Shown here piece after piece: positions 15,314 through 20,541 of a stretch of DNA of 20,541 nt. Both the position numbers and the translations under genes were made by a program. The DNA comes from Promethearchaeota archaeon (GTDB taxonomy: Archaea; Asgardarchaeota; Lokiarchaeia; Sigyniarchaeales; SOKP01). The notes under the pieces are model-generated. The model was given only the letters and a program-made list of their open reading frames with translations. It had not been told where the DNA came from and ran no database searches. Location: the NCBI GenBank assembly GCA_016930515.1, contig JAFGGO010000008.1:1-20541 (forward strand), read 5' to 3'. Within the stretch, counting starts at the first letter, position 1, and each line of letters opens with the position of its first letter.

Positions 15314-16708
15314 ATGAAAAAGAATGTTCTTATTGTTGGTGGTCTTGGTTATATTGGAAGTACACTGTATTCCTTGATAAAAGAAGAAGAAAATGAATGG
15401 AATGTAGAAATACTTGATAACCATTTATACAAAGATATTACTCCAGTTCATCCATTTATTGAAGTGGATGTAAGAGATAAGGACAAAATTAGTAAAAATA
15501 TAAAGAACTTCGATTATGTAGTTAATTTAGCTGCGATTGTTGGAGACCCTGCTTGTTTAGTTGATACAAATCTAGCTATTGAAATAAATTGTATTGGAAC
15601 AAGAAATCTTTCTGAGGTTTGCAAAGAATTAAATAAATTTATCATACATATAAGTACCTGTAGCATTTATGGTAGTGAACCTAACATAATCGTAAAAGAA
15701 GAAGACGAAGGATTTCCAATAGATTTTTATGGACAAACAAAGTATACTCAAGAGCGGCTAGTCAGAAATATATGTGAAAACAGTTTCTGCGTCCTTAGGT
15801 TAGGTACTGCTTATGGATTAAGCCCAAGGATGAGATACGATTTAGTTGTGAACACATTTGCGGGTAGAGCTATTAACGATAAAAAAATAACAGTTTTTGG
15901 TGGAGAACAAGAACGACCATTTGTACATATAAAAGATATATCCCGAGCAATAATTCATGTTATCAACAATGATATTAAGGGGATCTTTAACATTCAAGGT
16001 CAAAATCTTAGTCTAATTAAACTTAGTGAAATAGTAAGATCTATAACAAAATGTGATGTTGAAATTAAAACTGAGGTTATTGATAAGCGTAGCTATATGG
16101 TTGACAATTCTAAATTCGCTAAAACTGGATTTAAATATAAATATTCGATTGAATATGCCATTCAAGAAATAATGAATTCCCCGACTATTAATAACATGTA
16201 TGAAAGAATATATTCAAATTTAAAATTAGCTGAAAGGCTCAAAATTAAGAAATTAATCCAAGAAAGTAAAATTAAGATTATTGAAGGAGGTATTGCCGTA
16301 GATGATAGAGGAAGCTTAAGTTTTGTAAATGATTATAATTTCTTTGGTGTTAAACGCTTTTATCAAGTCTATAATTTTTCAACATCAACCATCCGAGCTT
16401 TTCATGGTCATTTAAAAGAAGCTAAATATGTGTATGTCGCTGAAGGTTCAGCTATAGTAGCGGCAGTAAAATTAGATAATATTGAATCCCCTTCAAAAAA
16501 TGAAAAAATAAATCGATATATATTATCAGAGAAAAAACCACAAATATTATTTATTCCTCCCGGTTATGCAAATGGATTTAAACCATTAGAGAAGAGAACT
16601 AGAATTCTTTTCTTTTCAACTAGTACTTTAGAGGAAAGTAAAGGAGATGATTATCGATATCCTGCGGATTATTGGGGAAACAACATATGGGAAGTTGAGA
16701 ATAGATAA
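15314..16708 (+). CDS. Fusion of NAD-dependent epimerase/reductase (SDR) and C-terminal cupin (RmlC/FdtA/WxcM-like sugar epimerase/isomerase)
   Basis: VGGLGYIG, LAAIVGDPAC, STCSIYG, YGQTK, GLSPRMRYDLVVN, RPFVHIKD; from about aa 319: DDRGSLSF, VKRFY, IRAFHGH, LFIPPGYANGF. Confidence 0.85.
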   Translation: MKKNVLIVGGLGYIGSTLYSLIKEEENEWNVEILDNHLYKDITPVHPFIEVDVRDKDKISKNIKNFDYVVNLAAIVGDPACLVDTNLAIEINCIGTRNLSEVCKELNKFIIHISTCSIYGSEPNIIVKEEDEGFPIDFYGQTKYTQERLVRNICENSFCVLRLGTAYGLSPRMRYDLVVNTFAGRAINDKKITVFGGEQERPFVHIKDISRAIIHVINNDIKGIFNIQGQNLSLIKLSEIVRSITKCDVEIKTEVIDKRSYMVDNSKFAKTGFKYKYSIEYAIQEIMNSPTINNMYERIYSNLKLAERLKIKKLIQESKIKIIEGGIAVDDRGSLSFVNDYNFFGVKRFYQVYNFSTSTIRAFHGHLKEAKYVYVAEGSAIVAAVKLDNIESPSKNEKINRYILSEKKPQILFIPPGYANGFKPLEKRTRILFFSTSTLEESKGDDYRYPADYWGNNIWEVENR

Positions 16709-16714
16709 AAAAAG

Positions 16715-17611
16715 ATGATAAAAATGACAAATATATTAGTAACTGGTATAAGTGGGATGTTAGGATCAATGGTTTTTAATTATCTTTCAAGAAATTCAGA
16801 ATTTAATGTTTTTGGAACCGTAAGAAATTCTAAATTTCTAAATAATAATATATACCTTTTTGATGCATACGACATTTCTCAATTAGAAAGGAAAGAAATT
16901 TTAGAACTTAATGTTGAATATATTATTAATTGTATTGGCATTACAAAACCATTTTCAAAAGATGATGACCCAGAAGGTGTAATGCGAGCAATCAAAATAA
17001 ACGCCGAATTTCCTTGGCAATTGGCGAAATACGCAAAAAAATATAATATAAAAGTTATTCAAATAGGAACGGATTGTGTCTATAGCGGTAAAGAAGGAAA
17101 CTATTCTGAAGACGCTAAGCACGATCCATTAGATGTATATGGGAAATCGAAAAGCTTAGGAGAAGTATTTGATGGAACAACTTTAATTATACGATCGTCA
17201 ATAATTGGTCCTGAGTTAAAGAAAGAAACAACATTTCTACTTGAATGGTTTTTAACTCAACCAGAAGGGGGAATTATAGGTGGTTTTGAACATCATATTT
17301 GGAATGGAATAACAACACTCCAATTTGCTGAAATATGTGAAAAAATAATCTATTTGAATAAATTTGATGATCTTTTAAAAATCTCGAATGTTCATCATTT
17401 TATACCAAACGCAACAGTAAATAAATACGAATTAATGAATATATTTAATGAAATATTTCAAAAAAGATTGATAATAAATAGAATCAATAAACCTGATGAA
17501 ACTGTGGATAGAACTCTTTCAACAAAATTCAATGAATTATCTTCAATATATCAAAATAAAGATATGATACAAGCATTAAGAGAATTAAAAGATTACTTTA
17601 AAAATTTATAG
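16715..17611 (+). CDS. RmlD-like 4-keto-6-deoxysugar reductase (start may be the second Met, at 16724)
   Basis: TGISGMLG, INCIGITK, INAEFP, GTDCVYSG, YGKSKSLGE, RSSIIGPEL, WNGITT, VDRTL. Confidence 0.85.
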   Translation: MIKMTNILVTGISGMLGSMVFNYLSRNSEFNVFGTVRNSKFLNNNIYLFDAYDISQLERKEILELNVEYIINCIGITKPFSKDDDPEGVMRAIKINAEFPWQLAKYAKKYNIKVIQIGTDCVYSGKEGNYSEDAKHDPLDVYGKSKSLGEVFDGTTLIIRSSIIGPELKKETTFLLEWFLTQPEGGIIGGFEHHIWNGITTLQFAEICEKIIYLNKFDDLLKISNVHHFIPNATVNKYELMNIFNEIFQKRLIINRINKPDETVDRTLSTKFNELSSIYQNKDMIQALRELKDYFKNL

Positions 17612-17617
17612 GAACTT

Positions 17618-18403
17618 TTATTTATTCTTTTCAGCCCAAAATAAAATCATCCAAGAAAAAATCTTAAATGGATATTTTTTAAGAATTTGAAATGTAAGTT
17701 TATTGATTATTTTCGCAAGAGGTTTAGAAAAAATAGCATGGCTAAAAGTTGCTCCAACTGTTTTTATGTTTATAAAACCTATTTTTTTTAATGAATTTAC
17801 TAAACGTTTTGGTCTAAAAGGATCTTCATCACTAACTTCTCCATAAGGGTTTTTAAATAATCTTTTAATTAATCTTGTAACTATATTTAAAGGATAATAT
17901 ACTGAAAAATCCAAAATAATAAGTCTTCCTCCAGGTTTTAAAATTCTGTTAAATTCTATTAAAAATTCATCAAATCCAATCTTTACTAAATGATGAAAAA
18001 AGAGCGGACTGGCGATCAAGTCAAAAAAATCATCATCATAACCTGAATGAAGAATGTCTCCTGTTTTTACTTCAATATTATATTTTTTAGAACACCTTTT
18101 TATGGCAATGGGAGATAAATCTATTCCATAAATATTTTCTGCGAATTTTTCTAAGTATTTGTAATCATCACCAGAACCACATGGAGCAATCAATAATTTA
18201 TTAACTTTCTTATTACCAATCTGATTTTGTATCAAGGATTTCATTTGATCTTTAGGAAAAATATAATTAAATCGAAATCTTTCACTTGAATTTATTGCTG
18301 GAGATTTTAATATTGAAATAAAGAACGATTCCTTTCTTTTTTTACTTGAATTGATATACCATTCAAGTTCGTTTTCTATCTTTTTTTTATATTTCTCTGT
18401 CAT
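17618..18403 (-). CDS. Class I SAM-dependent methyltransferase
   Basis: LLIAPCGSG (motif I variant), YGIDLS, GDI, FDLI, FFHH, RILKPGGRLIILD. Confidence 0.85.
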   Translation of the reverse strand: MTEKYKKKIENELEWYINSSKKRKESFFISILKSPAINSSERFRFNYIFPKDQMKSLIQNQIGNKKVNKLLIAPCGSGDDYKYLEKFAENIYGIDLSPIAIKRCSKKYNIEVKTGDILHSGYDDDFFDLIASPLFFHHLVKIGFDEFLIEFNRILKPGGRLIILDFSVYYPLNIVTRLIKRLFKNPYGEVSDEDPFRPKRLVNSLKKIGFINIKTVGATFSHAIFSKPLAKIINKLTFQILKKYPFKIFSWMILFWAEKNK

Positions 18404-18426
18404 TTTATTTTATGAATATTGAATTA

Positions 18427-19497
18427 TTACCTTTCTTTATTGTTGTAAAATTCTAAAGAATTGCCAAGTAATATATTACAAATCTTTTCTGCGATATTTT
18501 TACCATAATGAGATACAGGTTCAATCTCCTTTGATAATATAAATTCTCCAGCTTCGAGCATTTTTTCGACATTAATTCCTGTTAAACAATTAATTCCTAA
18601 TTGGATCAAATCAACTCGCTCGGTACTCTCACGAATAGTTAAACAAGGGGTACCTAATATAGCGCATTCTTCTACAACGGTACCACTATCAGTTATGACT
18701 AATTCTGCTTCCTTCTCCATTCCTAAAAATTCTAAAAAACCTTGAGGTGGTATTGGGTTTATTCCTTCAGGAAATTTTAATCCAAATTTTTCCATGTAGT
18801 TCTTGGTTTTTGGCATTAAAATAAATTTTATTTCTTTTTGATGTTTCTCATATAATTTTCCTAAAAATAAAAGAATTAATTCCAAGTTTTGTTTTTGTTC
18901 CGTGTTTTCTGCCCTATGACATGTTACTAAATAAAATGGTTCTTCTTGCTTAAAATTAGTCTTAACAGCGTTGACTACTTCGATGATGGGATTTCCAACA
19001 ATCCAACTCCTTCTGGGATTTAGACCTTCTCTTAATAAGTTTTCTTTGTGTTCTGGTAAATAGCAGATGTTCATATCGGCTAAGTGATCAATTACAATTC
19101 TATTCTTTTCTTCTGGCATTAACCAATTTTTACTTCTCATTCCCGATTCAATATGTACTAATGGAATGTTTAATTTAGATGTTGCCAGAGCAAAACCTAA
19201 ACTACTGTTATTATCGCCTAATACAATTACAAACTCAGGTTTTTCTTTATTAAGGGTTTTTTCAAATTCGATCATCAAATTTGCTACTTGAGTTGCGTGA
19301 GTACCGCTTTTAATATCTAAATTGTAATCCGGTTCTCTGACATTTAATTGATCGTAGAAAATTTTATTAAGATTATAATCGTAATGTTGGCCACTATCTA
19401 CAATCACATTCTTAAAATGTTTATCTAAAATTTTTATTATTTGAGACAATCTAATAATATCTGGTCTAATACCAATGCATGTTATAATTTTTCTCAT
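18427..19497 (-). CDS. Non-hydrolysing UDP-N-acetylhexosamine 2-epimerase (WecB family; FnlC/CapG/WbjD-like subgroup)
   Basis: GIRPDIIRLS, GQHYD, VLGDNNS, HIESGMRS, PEEKNRIVIDH, LLREG, TCHRAEN, TDSGTVVEE, RESTER. Confidence 0.9.
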   Translation of the reverse strand: MRKIITCIGIRPDIIRLSQIIKILDKHFKNVIVDSGQHYDYNLNKIFYDQLNVREPDYNLDIKSGTHATQVANLMIEFEKTLNKEKPEFVIVLGDNNSSLGFALATSKLNIPLVHIESGMRSKNWLMPEEKNRIVIDHLADMNICYLPEHKENLLREGLNPRRSWIVGNPIIEVVNAVKTNFKQEEPFYLVTCHRAENTEQKQNLELILLFLGKLYEKHQKEIKFILMPKTKNYMEKFGLKFPEGINPIPPQGFLEFLGMEKEAELVITDSGTVVEECAILGTPCLTIRESTERVDLIQLGINCLTGINVEKMLEAGEFILSKEIEPVSHYGKNIAEKICNILLGNSLEFYNNKER

Positions 19498-19700
19498 ATT
19501 AAAACCATAATTAGAGGAATTTTAAAAATACTCTACATAAATTTAATAAATTAAAGTGTTCTATGGCTAATAATTATTTACACTATTTTTGATGAAATTA
19601 TTAGCTTGAGAAAATTAAGTTTTAATCAATAACTTATAATAACCTCGACATATTCTCAAAGTTATTAATATTTAACAATGAATTTGATTTTTTTTATAAT

Positions 19701-20426
19701 ATGATTGCATTAAATAAATTGAATAAACTATTTGTATTATTTTCAAAATTGATACCTAATAGATTATGGGTGATTATTCTGAGAGGTCCTCTTCGAGGAT
19801 ATAGATGGCTTGTAGGTGCTGCAGCAGGAGAAGCAAAGGGTTTGTCAATATTATTTAATCTATCAGAGAAATCCCAAATGAAAAAAGCAAGAGAAAATTT
19901 ATCCAAAAATGGAATATGTTTTGATATCGGAGCTAATGTTGGAATTTATACATTGTTATTTTCAAGATATTCAAAAAAAGTCTATTCTTTTGAACCGCTC
20001 CCAAGAAATATTAGTTATTTATTCAGGATAATATCTAAAAATAATATTAAAAATGCTATTATTGTACCCTGTGCTGTTTCAAACACTAATGAAATTTTAA
20101 AGTTTAAAGAAGGAGATAGTATAGCATTGGGTAAATTAGATAAAAAAGGAACAATTCCCGTTCAATCAATTACATTAGATAATTTTGTTAAAAATTTGTC
20201 TATTAAGCCAAATATGTTAAAAATTGATGTTGAAGGCGCGGAATTAGCGGTTTTACAAGGTGCTGATGAATTACTTAGAAAGTCTAAACCCAAAATCCTT
20301 CTTTCAACTCACGGAAACGATATTAAACAAAAATGCTTAAATTATTTGAATGATATTGGTTATGAAAAAATTGAACCAATAGACATCGGTTCCATCAAAA
20401 AAGCAACAGAATTTTTAATCAAATAA
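19701..20426 (+). CDS. FkbM-family methyltransferase
   Basis: FDIGANVGIYT, VYSFEPLPRN, ITLDNF, LKIDVEGAELAVLQGA. Confidence 0.92.
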   Translation: MIALNKLNKLFVLFSKLIPNRLWVIILRGPLRGYRWLVGAAAGEAKGLSILFNLSEKSQMKKARENLSKNGICFDIGANVGIYTLLFSRYSKKVYSFEPLPRNISYLFRIISKNNIKNAIIVPCAVSNTNEILKFKEGDSIALGKLDKKGTIPVQSITLDNFVKNLSIKPNMLKIDVEGAELAVLQGADELLRKSKPKILLSTHGNDIKQKCLNYLNDIGYEKIEPIDIGSIKKATEFLIK

Positions 20427-20541
20427 AGATATCTTAATAAGTTTTTATTATACGCTCTATATTCAATTATTTCATTTTATTTTCAAAATAGATCTTTAAA
20501 TACAACACTTTAAAACAAATAAAATATATTTTTTTTTATGA

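Noticed and set aside
9785-19906. Short antisense ORFs inside the dehydrogenase, neuA, aminotransferase, dehydratase and FkbM genes
   Set aside because: They overlap confident CDSs on the opposite strand and have no family features.
20427-20541. Possible 3' end of a minus-strand gene entering from the right edge
   Set aside because: All minus-strand frames stop within a few codons, so there is no supportable coding signal.
1-20541. tRNA/rRNA genes, CRISPR arrays, transposases/integrases
   Set aside because: None recognised; the intergenic gaps are short and AT-rich, without repeat-spacer periodicity or cloverleaf signatures.

Overview
AT-rich prokaryotic window, most plausibly from an Asgard (Loki-type) archaeon. 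That assignment is an inference from a eukaryote-like RWD/UBC-RING protein and the gene content, not from a marker gene. Two blocks of nucleotide-sugar/surface-glycan genes (1-4267 and 9531-20426) flank a visibly more GC-rich two-gene block on the minus strand: isoleucyl-tRNA synthetase (type 2-like, with a non-canonical GIHH signature in place of HIGH) and a 560-aa protein. That protein appears to consist of four catalytically dead E2/RWD-like repeats plus a C-terminal C4HC3 RING, a FANCL/listerin-like E3 ubiquitin ligase architecture. The glycan genes include three SDR epimerases/reductases (one RfbE-like), a nucleotide-sugar dehydrogenase, a CMP-nonulosonate synthetase with dehydratase/aminotransferase/acetyltransferase/deacetylase partners, an SDR-cupin fusion, an RmlD-like reductase, a 2-epimerase and two methyltransferases. 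A partial multi-pass membrane protein gene absent from the ORF track occupies 1-837 (minus strand). No RNA genes, CRISPR arrays or mobile elements were recognised.
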